Part shown: positions 37,528-49,019 of the stretch, in pieces
How the letters are laid out: each line of letters opens with the position of its first letter
Numbering within the stretch: the first letter of the stretch is position 1
From: an uncultured cyanobacterium
Lineage (GTDB): Bacteria > Cyanobacteriota > Cyanobacteriia > Cyanobacteriales > CAWUOF01
Assembly (NCBI GenBank): GCA_963744145.1
Contig: CAVUSO010000001.1
Coordinates: 5,440,001-5,504,000, forward strand
DNA: 64,000 nt
Direction: 5' to 3'
The notes under the pieces: model-generated
The model's database searches: none
The model's input: the letters and a program-made list of their open reading frames with translations, nothing else
What the model was told of the DNA's origin: nothing
Made by a program: the position numbers and the translations under genes

Positions 37528-37965
37528 CTAGTTACCTCTTGATGGTTCTTCACTAAATAGATCAAGAGGTAAATGACCATACATATCCCTAATTCCTTCA
37601 TCCCTACTAGATTGACAAGATACTAAGACTCCACGATGATTACCTAAATAGGATTCAGCATAACATAATCCCGTTTTGGGGTTAAATTTTAGATAAATTG
37701 GTCCGGGAATGTGAGGAATTTTTTGGTTGACTTCATACCCAAGGAATTTGGTATAAGCTGTTAAAGCAAGTAATCCTTCCTCGATGGTATTAGCACAAAT
37801 CCCAAAAATTTGGTAATCTGATTGACTGGTTAGCAACAATAAAGCTGTCCGAATTAGCATTTTATTTGGGATTTCCTCGGTTGGGTGATCTGTTATCCGA
37901 TCGAAGCTCTTGAGAATTTTTTGAGCTGTGGTAATATTCATGAAGGTCGAATTTGGTAGGGACAT
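37528..37965 (-). CDS. DUF1824-family protein
   Basis: SDYQIFGICA; GPIYLKFN; YLGNHRGVLVSCQS; YGHLPLDLF. Confidence 0.8.
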   Translation of the reverse strand: MSLPNSTFMNITTAQKILKSFDRITDHPTEEIPNKMLIRTALLLLTSQSDYQIFGICANTIEEGLLALTAYTKFLGYEVNQKIPHIPGPIYLKFNPKTGLCYAESYLGNHRGVLVSCQSSRDEGIRDMYGHLPLDLFSEEPSRGN

Positions 37966-38137
37966 AGACTTGGTGGGATGAGGTTTCTAGTATTTTACTA
38001 TAGTCTGTGGTTAAATTTGTCTGGTTAATGATATTCTGGATCGATCAGCAAAGCAAGTTGGGTTAAGATTGAGGTAATCTATCTTAATAATTAAGTCGAT
38101 CGCTGTATAATCATATATTTGGTCGAGGAAAAAATAG

Positions 38138-39589
38138 ATGTTAATTCGCTTAAATCTCAGAGGAAAACTATTAGCAGGATATACTGTTCCCATGATATTA
38201 TTGTTAGGTATAGCTGGGATAGTTTACAGTAATGGTAAACAAGTAGCTAAGACATTTATAGAAGTTGAGAGGGTACAAGCTCTTTTAATTGAAAGCAATA
38301 AAATGTCTTTGGCTACGGAAGGAATGATTCGGAGTGCTAGGGGCTATATGATTGATAAAAATGAATCATTTCTCAAAGAATATCAGCAAAATATAGATGC
38401 AGCAAAAACAGCAGCTAAGTCAGCCGAGCCATTAATTAAAATCCCTGCTCAGAAAAAAAGTCTTGATGAAATGGTGCAACAAATTAATTTATATGAAGAT
38501 TTTCATAATCAAATTATTCAGTTGCTCGAAAATGGTAAACAAGCCGAGGCTTTACAAGCATTTAAAAGTGGGAAAGGAACTAGTTTTGTCCGTAAATTTG
38601 AGCAATTAAATCGGGATTTTAACAAAATTGAGCAACAGGTACTTAATCAAGAAACTAACAAAACTAAAGCTGATATGAATTTATTAATTTTAGTGACGCT
38701 GGGGGGATTTTTATTAATAATAATTTTTAAGATATCTTTTGTTTTATTACTTTCAGCAACCGTCACTCAGACAATTAATCAAGTCATCAATTCCATCGCT
38801 TCATCTTCAACAGAAATTGCGACAACGGTGGAAGAGCAAGAGCGAATTGCTAGTCAGCAAGCTGCTTCGGTACATGAAACTACTAGCACAATGGATGAGT
38901 TGGGTGCATCCTCTAGAGTGACAGCTGAACAAGCAGAATCAGCTGCGGTAGCGACCCAACAAACATTACAGTTAGCTGAAACTGGAATTCATGCGGTAGA
39001 TCAGACTTTAGAAAAAATGGAAATGTTAAAAAATAAAGTAACCGCGATCGCTGAACAGATTGAGCGTTTGACTATTCATACTAGCCAAATTGGTAATATT
39101 AACAGTTTAGTCAGGGACTTAGCTAACCAAACAAATATGTTAGCACTAAATGCTGCGGTAGAAGCAGTACGTGCTGGAGAACATGGGAAAGGTTTTGGAG
39201 TAGTAGCACTCGAAATTCGCAAATTAGCTGACCAAAGTAAAAAATCGGCGGAAAAAATTAGTAATTTGATCGATGATATTCAAGTCTCTATTAATGCGAC
39301 AGTAAAGGTTACTGGTGAAGGAAAAACAACTGTAGATGAAGGGTTACAGATTACCCAAAAAACCGCCGCAGTCTTTACTGATGTATCTGATGCAATTAAC
39401 AGTATTGTAGTCAGCACTCAACAAATTTCTTTTACTGCTAAAGAACAAGCGATCGCGGTTCAACAAGTTATCGATGCGATGAATAATATTAATCAAGGAG
39501 CTGTCGAATCGGCGACAGGAATTACTCAAACCAAAATCGGTACTCAAAAATTAAATGAAGCAGCTTTGAGTTTGAAAGCAATTGTCTAA
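38138..39589 (+). CDS. Methyl-accepting chemotaxis protein with CHASE3-like sensor
   Basis: Two TM helices; QTNMLALNAAVEAVRAGEHGKGF. Confidence 0.95.
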   Translation: MLIRLNLRGKLLAGYTVPMILLLGIAGIVYSNGKQVAKTFIEVERVQALLIESNKMSLATEGMIRSARGYMIDKNESFLKEYQQNIDAAKTAAKSAEPLIKIPAQKKSLDEMVQQINLYEDFHNQIIQLLENGKQAEALQAFKSGKGTSFVRKFEQLNRDFNKIEQQVLNQETNKTKADMNLLILVTLGGFLLIIIFKISFVLLLSATVTQTINQVINSIASSSTEIATTVEEQERIASQQAASVHETTSTMDELGASSRVTAEQAESAAVATQQTLQLAETGIHAVDQTLEKMEMLKNKVTAIAEQIERLTIHTSQIGNINSLVRDLANQTNMLALNAAVEAVRAGEHGKGFGVVALEIRKLADQSKKSAEKISNLIDDIQVSINATVKVTGEGKTTVDEGLQITQKTAAVFTDVSDAINSIVVSTQQISFTAKEQAIAVQQVIDAMNNINQGAVESATGITQTKIGTQKLNEAALSLKAIV

Positions 39590-39660
39590 GCGATCATCAC
39601 AAATTGATTGAGGATTGGAAGAATTAATTTCTAATTTGGCGATCGCTTAAGTAAGTCTAG

Positions 39661-41241
39661 CTAATCATGGAACAAAGTTTGGATGATTTGGTCAAAATCG
39701 CGACCATAGACTTGTTGACCATATTCTTCCCATGCTTGCTCAGAAATATAGGGCGATCGCATCACAGTAGCTTGTTGAATACTCACCATAAAAGAACGAC
39801 GTAGATTCTGATATTTCTCAAAAGCTTGCTCTATTGCTTTTAGATCATTCCCAAGGTTTTTCTGGGCAAGATCGGCAATTAAAGCTGTTACGATCATCCC
39901 ATCTTCTAATCCTTGATTTGCTCCTTGAGCCATAAATGGGGGCATTCCATGGGCAGCATCTCCAACTAAAACGGCTCTTCCTCTATACCAATTTGGTTGA
40001 TTTTCAGTTGAAAAATCTACTGAATTTAAGCAAGCTGTATTTGGAAACTGAAGCGAATCAGAAAGTGTACTACGGTGAATATAAAATGGACGCTTATAGA
40101 CAAGCTCTGGGGGAGAGTTTCCTACTAATTGTTTAATTGCATCAGGAAAACCATTTTGTTCTAGGATTGACAATACTACATCAATCAATTTCCTGCCCGA
40201 TTTAGTTTGTAACAAGTCAAAAGAAAAAGGTAAATGAATAACATATCCAGGTTGATAATTAGATATTTGAAATAAAATTAGCCTAGGGCTGATCATATTG
40301 GTAGTATGATCAGCACAAAGATCGGAACTGATAGTCACAACTCGTTCATTGTGAAAAAATGTTTGCTGAAGCTCTTGCAAAATAGCTGTAGATAAATTGG
40401 GTATATATTGACATCCGATCGCTGCAAATCCACTATATTCAGGTTTGGCGAAAATTTCATACTGACTATTTTGATACAGCGATTTCCGCACTTGAGAATT
40501 AATTCCATCTGCTGCTACAAGTAGCTTACTACGAATCGATTTCAGGTTTAGTTGTTGGGGATCATTTTCTGAATTATTAAGTTGATTCTCTAAAGATTTT
40601 TGGGGATTTTCCCAATGAGCATAGGGATTTAATTCTAGGTTGCTGCTAGAAACACAATCGACGCTGATCCAGTCTAACTCAGGATCATCTACGACATTGA
40701 TACAGCGATGGTTTGCTTGGACTTGTGCTGATGGTAATAAACCTCTTAAAGTTGTCTGTAAATTATACCAGGAAATTGATATTCTTCCCTCTCCATACTG
40801 TTGGAACCAATCATCATAACTTAAAGAAATTGCATGGATCTTTTCTCCTTGAAAATTTCTTTGTATCCATTGGGGTGCAGCTTTGGGTGCAGCACTAGGG
40901 TGTTGATTTGGAGAACTGATGAAATTAGCAAACTGGGTACTAGCTTGTTTCACTGCTTCATAAGCCTTGAGCGATAAATATTTTAAGGATTGTAAACCAT
41001 TAGGAAGTAGATCAATAATTTGACCTACTTGACGAAAAGCACGAGCTTGATCAATGACAAGGATATTTTTAATTCCCCGTTGATATAACCCGATCGCAGT
41101 AGCTAATCCAACTGGACCAGCACCGACAATCAGGACATCATAGACCTGATCAGGATCTGATAAAACCGGATTTTCTTCCTTGACGACTAGGGAACTTGAT
41201 GGATTGAGTTCAAGCAGAGAATTTGGTTGAGGTTCTGACAT
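39661..41241 (-). CDS. FAD-dependent monooxygenase
   Basis: GAGPVG; AADG; GDAAHGMPPFMAQGANQGLED. Confidence 0.9.
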   Translation of the reverse strand: MSEPQPNSLLELNPSSSLVVKEENPVLSDPDQVYDVLIVGAGPVGLATAIGLYQRGIKNILVIDQARAFRQVGQIIDLLPNGLQSLKYLSLKAYEAVKQASTQFANFISSPNQHPSAAPKAAPQWIQRNFQGEKIHAISLSYDDWFQQYGEGRISISWYNLQTTLRGLLPSAQVQANHRCINVVDDPELDWISVDCVSSSNLELNPYAHWENPQKSLENQLNNSENDPQQLNLKSIRSKLLVAADGINSQVRKSLYQNSQYEIFAKPEYSGFAAIGCQYIPNLSTAILQELQQTFFHNERVVTISSDLCADHTTNMISPRLILFQISNYQPGYVIHLPFSFDLLQTKSGRKLIDVVLSILEQNGFPDAIKQLVGNSPPELVYKRPFYIHRSTLSDSLQFPNTACLNSVDFSTENQPNWYRGRAVLVGDAAHGMPPFMAQGANQGLEDGMIVTALIADLAQKNLGNDLKAIEQAFEKYQNLRRSFMVSIQQATVMRSPYISEQAWEEYGQQVYGRDFDQIIQTLFHD

Positions 41242-41294
41242 GGTTGTAATAATTATTTATGATCGTAATTTTAGTTGGCTCACCTGGAATAAAA

Positions 41295-42503
41295 TTAATC
41301 ATCAGAAACTACTGCAACTGGTGATAATATTCTAGTAGTAGCAACAACTAGCAATAAGGCAACTAGAAATGCGATCGCACCTCCTAATGTGCTAGCTGTC
41401 AGAATTAGTGGTTGACTGAAAATGGCTGCAAATAAACTCATTCCAGCACTAAAACCACTAAAATATATCCCTACTCCTAATCCTCCCCAACCTGGTGGAA
41501 CCAGAGATAGGGCTAAAGGAACTGGACTATTTAAAACTAAACTGAAACAAGGAATTAGTGCGATCGCAACTAATACTCTCATCTCATTCTCCATGATTCC
41601 CATCAATAATAAAAATCCAGCAGTTGTACCCAATCCGATTAACATGGTCTGGACATTACCCCAGCGGACCGCCAATGCACCTGCGGGAATTGCTAAGATT
41701 GCTAAACCAAAACTTACTCCAAACATTAATAAATCGATCGGGATTCCTGGGATTTGGGTCTTAAACACTAAAGGGATGCTTCCCATCAATAATCGTAATC
41801 CCCAAGCGATACTTAATCCTGTGCCAAATAACAAACTTAACCCTGGAATTGAAAGTAGTTGAGTCTGACGGGAATGATCACTAATTTCTTCTATAGTTGC
41901 ATCAGGAGAAATTATCCTTAATACCCAGATCGCTCCTAATAATACGACTGAACCGATAAAAAATGGAATTCCAGGTCCAGCACTTAAAATTACTTTATCT
42001 ATAAAAGGCTTGATCGCACCAATTACTCCACCTATTAAAATTAACACACTCATCGCTTGGGGTAATTCCTTTGGAGTTGCATATTGTCCTAATAAAGCGA
42101 TCGCTGGACTCCGAAATAGGGCCATTGCTATTGTCCATAGGACCAATACTACTAACAATAACCAGTGTAAGGTCTCTCTGGGCTCCAGAAAAATAAAGAT
42201 TGCAGGAATGGCAATAAATAGAACTGAAGATAAAATCACACCGATCGCAATGAGCGGAAAACGAGTCCCCATCCACTGTCTAGTGCGATCGGACAATCCT
42301 CCCATCAGCGGTTCGATCAGAATAGCTAGAGCATCTTCTCCTATTTGTACTACTTTATCTAATCCTGGAAAACCAAAACCAGCTAGCAATTGTGGTAACC
42401 ATACCCGATAAATTAACCAGGTCAAACTAATTGCCCATTGGAGCACCATTAACCCACTAACTTGTCGCCAGAGAATTTTATCTGGGGTAGGAGAGGCTTC
42501 CAT
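41295..42503 (-). CDS. MFS transporter
   Basis: About 12 TM segments; GGLSDR motif. Confidence 0.85.
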   Translation of the reverse strand: MEASPTPDKILWRQVSGLMVLQWAISLTWLIYRVWLPQLLAGFGFPGLDKVVQIGEDALAILIEPLMGGLSDRTRQWMGTRFPLIAIGVILSSVLFIAIPAIFIFLEPRETLHWLLLVVLVLWTIAMALFRSPAIALLGQYATPKELPQAMSVLILIGGVIGAIKPFIDKVILSAGPGIPFFIGSVVLLGAIWVLRIISPDATIEEISDHSRQTQLLSIPGLSLLFGTGLSIAWGLRLLMGSIPLVFKTQIPGIPIDLLMFGVSFGLAILAIPAGALAVRWGNVQTMLIGLGTTAGFLLLMGIMENEMRVLVAIALIPCFSLVLNSPVPLALSLVPPGWGGLGVGIYFSGFSAGMSLFAAIFSQPLILTASTLGGAIAFLVALLLVVATTRILSPVAVVSDD

Positions 42504-42604
42504 ATTTTTCCTTATGCTTGTAATATGGTAATAAGTTCATTATGCAAATTCTCAGGACAAAGTTAATAAAAATTAAAATTTGATTAACTTAAAAACATCA
42601 AATT

Positions 42605-43069
42605 ATGAGCGGGAAGTTTCAATTTGGATTAATAGCAAGATTGGTCATGTCAATGGCGATCGCCATGGTTGAGTTGAATTCGATCTCATCATCAGCTTTA
42701 AGTGCATCTAAACCAACTCTACAAAGTTTACCTAACGGTGATTATTTTTACGGAGAATCTCGTTCTCCGAACATCAGTGGAGCTAGATATCTAATTTTCC
42801 GCAAACATGGTCAGATCATTATTGGACGTAACTACATCGATCATTCCGATGAATGGACTTGCTTTCGTGGTAAAGCTAATGGGTTAAAAATTACCAACAT
42901 CACAGCCGGAATTCAACCTATTCCTGTGGATAAAGGATCTGTATCCTGGGAATTTAGCCCCAGTGTAGCGATCGATCTGAGTAAATTTTCTCGATTGCTA
43001 TTTAACCAAGCACCTGCAAATATGAAGCAAGGTTTCCAAACTTGTGTACAATTATTTCAAAATCAGTGA
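42605..43069 (+). CDS. Secreted hypothetical protein
   Basis: Signal peptide; LPNGDYFYGES; two Cys. Confidence 0.65.
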   Translation: MSGKFQFGLIARLVMSMAIAMVELNSISSSALSASKPTLQSLPNGDYFYGESRSPNISGARYLIFRKHGQIIIGRNYIDHSDEWTCFRGKANGLKITNITAGIQPIPVDKGSVSWEFSPSVAIDLSKFSRLLFNQAPANMKQGFQTCVQLFQNQ

Positions 43070-43170
43070 TAATAGATGCTGTTGCTCAACTTTTGCATCT
43101 GGTGAGCAACAACAGCATCTTTTCCAGAAGTTAAACTTCAGCAAACTATCGCTAAATTGGAGTAGGTCAA

Positions 43171-43338
43171 ATGACTTTAATTCGCATCTTAGCTGCAATC
43201 TTCATCCCTCCGTTAGGTGTATTTTTAACAGTTGGGATTGGTGGTGCTTTTTGGATCAACCTAATTCTGACCTTATTGGGATTTATTCCCGGTATTGTCC
43301 ATGCGATCTGGGTAATTGCGAAGCATGATGGTGATTAG
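43171..43338 (+). CDS. YqaE/Pmp3 (UPF0057) small membrane protein, 55 aa (not in ORF track)
   Basis: Manual translation MTLIRILAAIFIPPLGVFLTVGIGGAFWINLILTLLGFIPGIVHAIWVIAKHDGD; GGAG RBS. Confidence 0.92.
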   Translation: MTLIRILAAIFIPPLGVFLTVGIGGAFWINLILTLLGFIPGIVHAIWVIAKHDGD

Positions 43339-43472
43339 TTTGTCTCGTACTTATGGTGCTCATTAAACCCGATTAATTCATAAAGAACTGGGTTTTTCAC
43401 CACAAGTACGAGAAACTTGGATATTAATGGGAGCCCGCTAGCGACATTTTTGAAGTGTGAACTTACTGATCT

Positions 43473-44645
43473 TTAATATTCAGGAACCGAAGCATCTATT
43501 TCTCGACTCCAAGCAGTAATTCCACCTTTGACATTAATTCCTTCAATCCCAACATTTTTGAGAATTCCTAAAGCTTTAGCAGATCTTCCACCTAGCTTAC
43601 AATGGGCAATCAACCGATGACCATTTAACAATTCCTTGATCTTACTTACACCAGCACCACTTTCAATATCAGGTAAAGGTACTAAAATCGATCCGGGAAT
43701 TTTGGCAATCTCATATTCATTAGGATTGCGTACATCAATTAAAACAAAATCTTTAGTGCCGCGATCGAGAATTTCCTTGAGTTCTTGGACGGTAATCTCT
43801 TGCATTTCCATTTGTTGTTTAGCCTCTGCTGCTTTAGCTTGAGTAACCCCACAGAAAAATTCGTAGTCGATTAATTTTTCAATTACTGGACGGATCGGAT
43901 TGGGACGCAATTTTAATTCTCGGAATTTCATTTCCAAAGCATTAAACAACAATAGTCTACCACTCAGAGTCATCCCTTGACCCAGAATAATTTTGATCGT
44001 CTCGGTTGCTTGAATACAGCCAATAATCCCTGGTAAAATTCCTAACACACCACCTTCAGCACAGGAAGGAACCATCCCTGGAGGTGGTGGTTCTGGATAG
44101 AGGTCACGGTAGTTTGGTCCATCTTGGTAGTTAAAGACTGTAGCTTGTCCTTCAAACCGGAAAATAGAACCGTAGACATTAGGTTTATTTAACAAAACAC
44201 AAGCATCATTAACTAGATAGCGTGTGGGAAAATTATCAGTCCCATCAACAACGATATCGTAGGGTTTAATCAGATCAAGAGCGTTTTCGGAAGTGATCCG
44301 GGTTTCGTAAAGATCAACCTGACAATCGGGGTTAATTTCCAAAATCCGGTTTTGAGCTGAAGCAATTTTTGGTTTACCTACCCAGGATGTACCATGAATG
44401 ATTTGTCGTTGTAAGTTGGAACTATCAACCACATCAAAATCAACTATCCCCAGTCTACCAATCCCAGCTGCGGCTAGGTAAAGTAGTAAGGGAGAACCAA
44501 GTCCACCTGTGCCAATACATAATACACTAGCGGCTTTAAGACGTTTTTGTCCTTCTAATCCGACTTCGGGGAGGATTAAATGACGGGAGTACCGCTCGTA
44601 TTCTTCTTTATTGAGTTGGATTTCGTTTAAGTTTGGGTTTAACAT
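43473..44645 (-). CDS. moeB: Molybdopterin-synthase adenylyltransferase with rhodanese domain (MoeB/MoeZ)
   Basis: RYSRHLILPEVG; GTGGLG; SNLQRQ; C-terminal HCKLGGRS. Confidence 0.93.
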   Translation of the reverse strand: MLNPNLNEIQLNKEEYERYSRHLILPEVGLEGQKRLKAASVLCIGTGGLGSPLLLYLAAAGIGRLGIVDFDVVDSSNLQRQIIHGTSWVGKPKIASAQNRILEINPDCQVDLYETRITSENALDLIKPYDIVVDGTDNFPTRYLVNDACVLLNKPNVYGSIFRFEGQATVFNYQDGPNYRDLYPEPPPPGMVPSCAEGGVLGILPGIIGCIQATETIKIILGQGMTLSGRLLLFNALEMKFRELKLRPNPIRPVIEKLIDYEFFCGVTQAKAAEAKQQMEMQEITVQELKEILDRGTKDFVLIDVRNPNEYEIAKIPGSILVPLPDIESGAGVSKIKELLNGHRLIAHCKLGGRSAKALGILKNVGIEGINVKGGITAWSREIDASVPEY

Positions 44646-44720
44646 CGCAGCCTATGTAGCGCAGAGCAAGTCATTATAACATAGTAGATAAAATACTAGC
44701 TCATTAAGTTGGGATTTCCA

Positions 44721-45260
44721 ATGACTGGTAGTAGGGCAACATCAACGAATTACAATGCTGAAGTTCTAGACCAAAAAATCTGGACGAATAGCTATTATGG
44801 ACTGCTGGGACTTCATCCCTCTGCATCATCCCTGGAAATTAGACGCTCCTATCGGGAATTGAGTAAACTCTACCATCCTGATACAACGGATCTACCTACA
44901 GCGATCGCTTGTGCTAAGTTCCAACAACTAAATGAAGCTTATTCCACCCTGAGCAGTCCAGAAAAACGACTGCTCTATGACCAAAAAATTCGTTATTCTA
45001 GGATGGCGGTGATTCAACCCCTAAATCAGGTCAGGAATTCACCCAATGTCCCCCAATCCTCATCCTCTGCTTATCTTGATCCCACGGATCGTCCTCTTTC
45101 CCCAGGGGAAATATTTGTTCTATTGATTCTTGGTCTGACCCTAATTGGCTGTCTAGTTTTAGCGATCGCTATTGCTATAATTCGTGGTAATAATTCTTTC
45201 CCAACACCAGAATTAACTCATCAAATCATCCTCAACCAGCTCCATCACTTCCATTTTTAG
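44721..45260 (+). CDS. J-domain protein with C-terminal TM helix
   Basis: YYGLLGL...YHPD...FQQLNEAY; start taken at ATG 44721. Confidence 0.85.
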   Translation: MTGSRATSTNYNAEVLDQKIWTNSYYGLLGLHPSASSLEIRRSYRELSKLYHPDTTDLPTAIACAKFQQLNEAYSTLSSPEKRLLYDQKIRYSRMAVIQPLNQVRNSPNVPQSSSSAYLDPTDRPLSPGEIFVLLILGLTLIGCLVLAIAIAIIRGNNSFPTPELTHQIILNQLHHFHF

Positions 45261-45310
45261 TGTTTCCTCAAAAAAAACCTCAGTAATTAACTAGATTAAC
45301 CACATCCAAT

Positions 45311-45583
45311 ATGACTTTACCGACAGCTAACACACCCTTATACAATCATCCCCTCCCCAAGATCGAATTTTGGCTCGCATCTCAAGGATGTCAACAAGAT
45401 CGAGAAAACTTACACTGTTGGTCTTTAGTTCGACCAACTTGGAAAGCTGAGATTTCCTTAGATATCGATCAAATTAACGTCTGCTATGTCGGTGCGGGCA
45501 CAAATGGGCACGATATCAATCGCGCTTTCAAATATTCCCTCAGTCGTGAAGATATTGAAAATGCGATCTTTTCCGGACCCTAA
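45311..45583 (+). CDS. DUF3143-family protein
   Basis: TPLYNHPLPKIEFWL...FKYSLSREDIENAIFSGP. Confidence 0.8.
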   Translation: MTLPTANTPLYNHPLPKIEFWLASQGCQQDRENLHCWSLVRPTWKAEISLDIDQINVCYVGAGTNGHDINRAFKYSLSREDIENAIFSGP

Positions 45584-46333
45584 TTAAACCTTACCAAAAC
45601 GGCGATCGCGCTGTTGGTAATTACTCAAAGCGCGATGAAAATCAGCTCGGTCAAAATCAGGCCACAAAGTATCTGTAATATATATTTCTGCATAAGCAAC
45701 TTGCCAAAGTAAGAAATTACTAATCCGCATTTCGCCACTAGTCCGAATTAATAAATCCGGATCACCAATCTCAGCTGTATAAAGATGATCCGCAAACAAC
45801 GCTTCATTAATATCTTCCGGTGCTAATAACCCTTGCTTGACTAGAGTCGCGATCGCCCGAGTTGCTTGCAAAATTTCCTGACGACCGCCATAATTAGTCG
45901 CGACCGTAAACTTAATCCCCTGATTATCACGAGTCACTTCCACCGATCGCTCAATTTCTGCGAGTAAAGAAGCAGGGAGTGCCCTTAAATTCCCCACACA
46001 GCGAATTTGCACATTTTCTTGCATCAAATACTCTATTTCTTGACGAATCACTTGTTCAAACAAAGTCATTAAAAAATTGACTTCCTCCATCGGTCTACCC
46101 CAATTTTCCGTCGAAAAAGCATAAACCGTTAGTGCTTGAATCCCCCAATCATTACAACAACGCAGCAATTTTTTCAAAGCAGACACCCCTTGACGATGGC
46201 CAATAATCCGGGGTAAACCCTGGCGTTTTGCCCAACGACCATTACCATCCATAATTACAGCTACATGGTGAGGGAGTCGCTCCCGATCTAAATCAGCTGG
46301 CAACTGTTGTAAAAAAGTTTGCTTAATCGTCAT
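45584..46333 (-). CDS. uppS: Undecaprenyl/isoprenyl diphosphate synthase (start probably ATG 46333)
   Basis: [38 protein letters not shown]. Confidence 0.96.
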   Translation of the reverse strand: MTIKQTFLQQLPADLDRERLPHHVAVIMDGNGRWAKRQGLPRIIGHRQGVSALKKLLRCCNDWGIQALTVYAFSTENWGRPMEEVNFLMTLFEQVIRQEIEYLMQENVQIRCVGNLRALPASLLAEIERSVEVTRDNQGIKFTVATNYGGRQEILQATRAIATLVKQGLLAPEDINEALFADHLYTAEIGDPDLLIRTSGEMRISNFLLWQVAYAEIYITDTLWPDFDRADFHRALSNYQQRDRRFGKV

Positions 46334-47253
46334 TTTTTCTCCCGAGACGTCGATGCAGAAAGACGAAATAAACGTGAAATCAGTGCCCATCCCTTTGACC
46401 AAATTTGACGTCCTAGACTGCGAATTGGAGCAGCAACTGCACTCTCGTCCAAGGATGGCGAAAATCGGGCTTCTAGCATTTCTTTCAGCTTACTGCTAGT
46501 TAAAGGTCGATTCAGCCCTCCTCGTTCAGCTAAAGAAATAGAACCTGTTTCTTCAGATACAACAACACAAATACAATTTTCGACTCGCTCTGTCACTCCC
46601 ATCGCTGCACGATGACGTGTCCCTAACTGACGGGAAGCCGTGCGATCAGAAATTGGTAAAATGACTCCAGCTGAGACAATCCGTGATCCCCGCACCAAAA
46701 CCGCCCCATCATGTAATAAAGTTGTAGTTTGAAATAAGGTTTGAATCAATTCCTTAGAAACCTCAGCATTAAGTTTCACCCCAGGAACGGAAAAATCGCG
46801 CTCATCAATGGGAGCCCCGGTTTCTAAAATTAACAGCGCTCCAGTCCGATTTTGGGAAAGTTCTTTCACTGCATCAACAATTTCATCAATTACACTATCC
46901 GCTTTGGGAATAGCTCCACGACGCGATGGTTGAAATAACTGTAAAATTTCGCCACGACCCAATTGTTCTAAAAAACGACGGAATTCTGATTGTAAAATTA
47001 CTGCCATGGAGACAGCTGAACCAATTACCAAATTATGGAGGACAAAACTTAACAGGGTCAGCTCCAGTTTGGCACTGATGGTAGCAGCAACCATTAAAAT
47101 AATCAAGCCCCTCACCATCCACAGGGTACGTCGCTCGCCAATAATGACGAGTACCATATAAGTAAGGGCTAAAACTGACCCAATATCGATCGGGTCTTTG
47201 AGCCATTGCTTCCAAAATTCAATAATATGAAGCAGCAAGGATTCACTCAGCAA
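46330..47253 (-). CDS. cdaA: Diadenylate cyclase
   Basis: Three TM helices; LHDGA; GTRHRAA; VSEETG; located between lysA and uppS. Confidence 0.95.
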   Translation of the reverse strand: MLSESLLLHIIEFWKQWLKDPIDIGSVLALTYMVLVIIGERRTLWMVRGLIILMVAATISAKLELTLLSFVLHNLVIGSAVSMAVILQSEFRRFLEQLGRGEILQLFQPSRRGAIPKADSVIDEIVDAVKELSQNRTGALLILETGAPIDERDFSVPGVKLNAEVSKELIQTLFQTTTLLHDGAVLVRGSRIVSAGVILPISDRTASRQLGTRHRAAMGVTERVENCICVVVSEETGSISLAERGGLNRPLTSSKLKEMLEARFSPSLDESAVAAPIRSLGRQIWSKGWALISRLFRLSASTSREKK

Positions 47254-47351
47254 TTGCTTGAACGCACCCCAACTAAATCGAAGATTTTAGTTGAGGATTC
47301 TTACGTCAAGAACTCGTCTTAACGTCGTTAGCTACTCTTGGGAAAGTGTAC

Positions 47352-47375
47352 GGGTGTATGGCAATACACCCCTAC
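47352..47375. repeat. REP-like palindrome; related copy at about 19706-19731
   Basis: GGGTGTATGGCAATACACCCCTAC versus TAGGGGCGTATGGCCATACGCCCCTA. Confidence 0.65.
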
Positions 47376-47532
47376 CAGCGATCAGGCTCACAGAAAATCT
47401 GTTGATCGCATCGGGTCTATGTTATAGTACCGTGAGGCGATTACCTGATTCTCTAATTATACAAGTACAGAGGTATTGCCATAGGTATCTATCGAGCTTT
47501 TATTGGTTGGTTCGCTCACCCCAAAAATGCTC

Positions 47533-48921
47533 CTATGCCAATCTTTCGGGTAATCGATCTTGTCGGATTAAGTCTTGATATGTTTCTCGCTGCAAAATCA
47601 GGTTAGCTTCTCCAGACTTGGCTAAAACTGCTGCTGGTCGAGGTAACCGATTGTAGTTAGAAGCCATGCTATAATTATATGCTCCTGTTGACATCACCAC
47701 TAAAATGTCTCCGATCGCAAAATTTGGTAATTGAGCATTTTGAATGAGAATATCTCCAGATTCGCAGTGTTTACCAGCGATCGTGACTGTTTCCGTGATG
47801 GGAGCTGACATCCGATTAGCCAGAAGACAGCGATAAACTGATTGGTAGGTAATCGGACGGGGATTATCAGACATTCCTCCATCAACAGATAGATAGGTCC
47901 TTACTCCCGGTACAATTTTATGACTACCCAATGTGTAAGCAGTCAGACCAGCAGGACCGATGATCGATCGACCAGGTTCACATAAAAGTTTAGGTAAAGG
48001 GATCTGTTCAGCTTGACAAGCTGTGGTGACACCGACACTGATGGTCTTTACCCATTCATCAATACTGGGAGGATCATCATGTTCAGTATAGCGAATGCCT
48101 AATCCGCCGCCGATATTTATTTCTTCTATAGATAAACCATAAGTTGTGGCTAATTTGAGCCACTGTGCCATTAAAACTGCTAAATCTTGATGGGGTTGAA
48201 GTTCAAAAATTTGGGAACCAATATGAGCGTGTAACCCGATCGTCTGAAGTAGAGGTTGCTGACTGACAAAGGTAAATACTTCGGTAATCTGATCCGGATC
48301 GAACCCAAATTTGTTATCTAAATGTCCAGTCCGGATATATTCATGGGTATGACATTCAATTCCTGGAGTCAATCTGAGCATGACTCGGACAGGATGAGTA
48401 GCAATTTCTACTAATTTATGCAAGTCTAACCAATTATCGGCGACGATCGTCACCCCTGAGTCAATGGCAAGCTGAAGTTCTGCTAAGGATTTATTATTGC
48501 CATGGAGGTAAATTTTGGCTGGACTTACTCCTGCACTTAGAGCTGTGTAGAGTTCTCCTCCGGAAACTACATCAATTCCTAACCCTTCTTGAGCAGCGAT
48601 CGCACAGATGGCAATACAATTCCAAGCTTTAGAAGCATACAATACCTGAGATTGCCCCTGATAATACTGTTCTAAAGCATTTCGATACTGACGACAAGCG
48701 GTGCGGAGGGTTTCTTCATCGATAATATAGAGGGGAGAGCCAAATTGTTGCACCAGAGTGGTAACATCACAACCACCAACTTCTAGGTGATCTTGGTGAT
48801 TTACTTGGGCTGTGAGGGGTAAAAGTTGCTGATTGGGAGAACGGTCTGTGGGATTAATGTTTGTCTGAGTGAGATACTGACTTCCTGAGTTTTGTACTAT
48901 AGCTGGGTAAGTTGATACCAT
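47533..48921 (-). CDS. lysA: Diaminopimelate decarboxylase
   Basis: YASKA; HIGSQ; EPGRS; HCESGD; GAYNYSMASNYN. Confidence 0.97.
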   Translation of the reverse strand: MVSTYPAIVQNSGSQYLTQTNINPTDRSPNQQLLPLTAQVNHQDHLEVGGCDVTTLVQQFGSPLYIIDEETLRTACRQYRNALEQYYQGQSQVLYASKAWNCIAICAIAAQEGLGIDVVSGGELYTALSAGVSPAKIYLHGNNKSLAELQLAIDSGVTIVADNWLDLHKLVEIATHPVRVMLRLTPGIECHTHEYIRTGHLDNKFGFDPDQITEVFTFVSQQPLLQTIGLHAHIGSQIFELQPHQDLAVLMAQWLKLATTYGLSIEEINIGGGLGIRYTEHDDPPSIDEWVKTISVGVTTACQAEQIPLPKLLCEPGRSIIGPAGLTAYTLGSHKIVPGVRTYLSVDGGMSDNPRPITYQSVYRCLLANRMSAPITETVTIAGKHCESGDILIQNAQLPNFAIGDILVVMSTGAYNYSMASNYNRLPRPAAVLAKSGEANLILQRETYQDLIRQDRLPERLA

Positions 48922-49019
48922 GATGAATTAATTATCCTTGCTTGAACCAATCCGAATAAGTCTCGCTTTTTAGTGTACAATTGGAGATTGTGCATTCGAC
49001 CATCTTTAAGTTCTTTCTC

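Noticed and set aside
41422..42411. Long antisense ORFs opposite the MFS gene, and similar shadows over other membrane-protein genes
   Set aside because: Typical reverse-frame shadows of hydrophobic coding sequence with no recognisable motifs.
43044..43328. 94-aa Cys-rich ORF in the track
   Set aside because: Overlaps the clear YqaE/Pmp3 gene in another frame.
45584..48921. lysA-cdaA-uppS linkage as novel
   Set aside because: A known conserved cyanobacterial arrangement.
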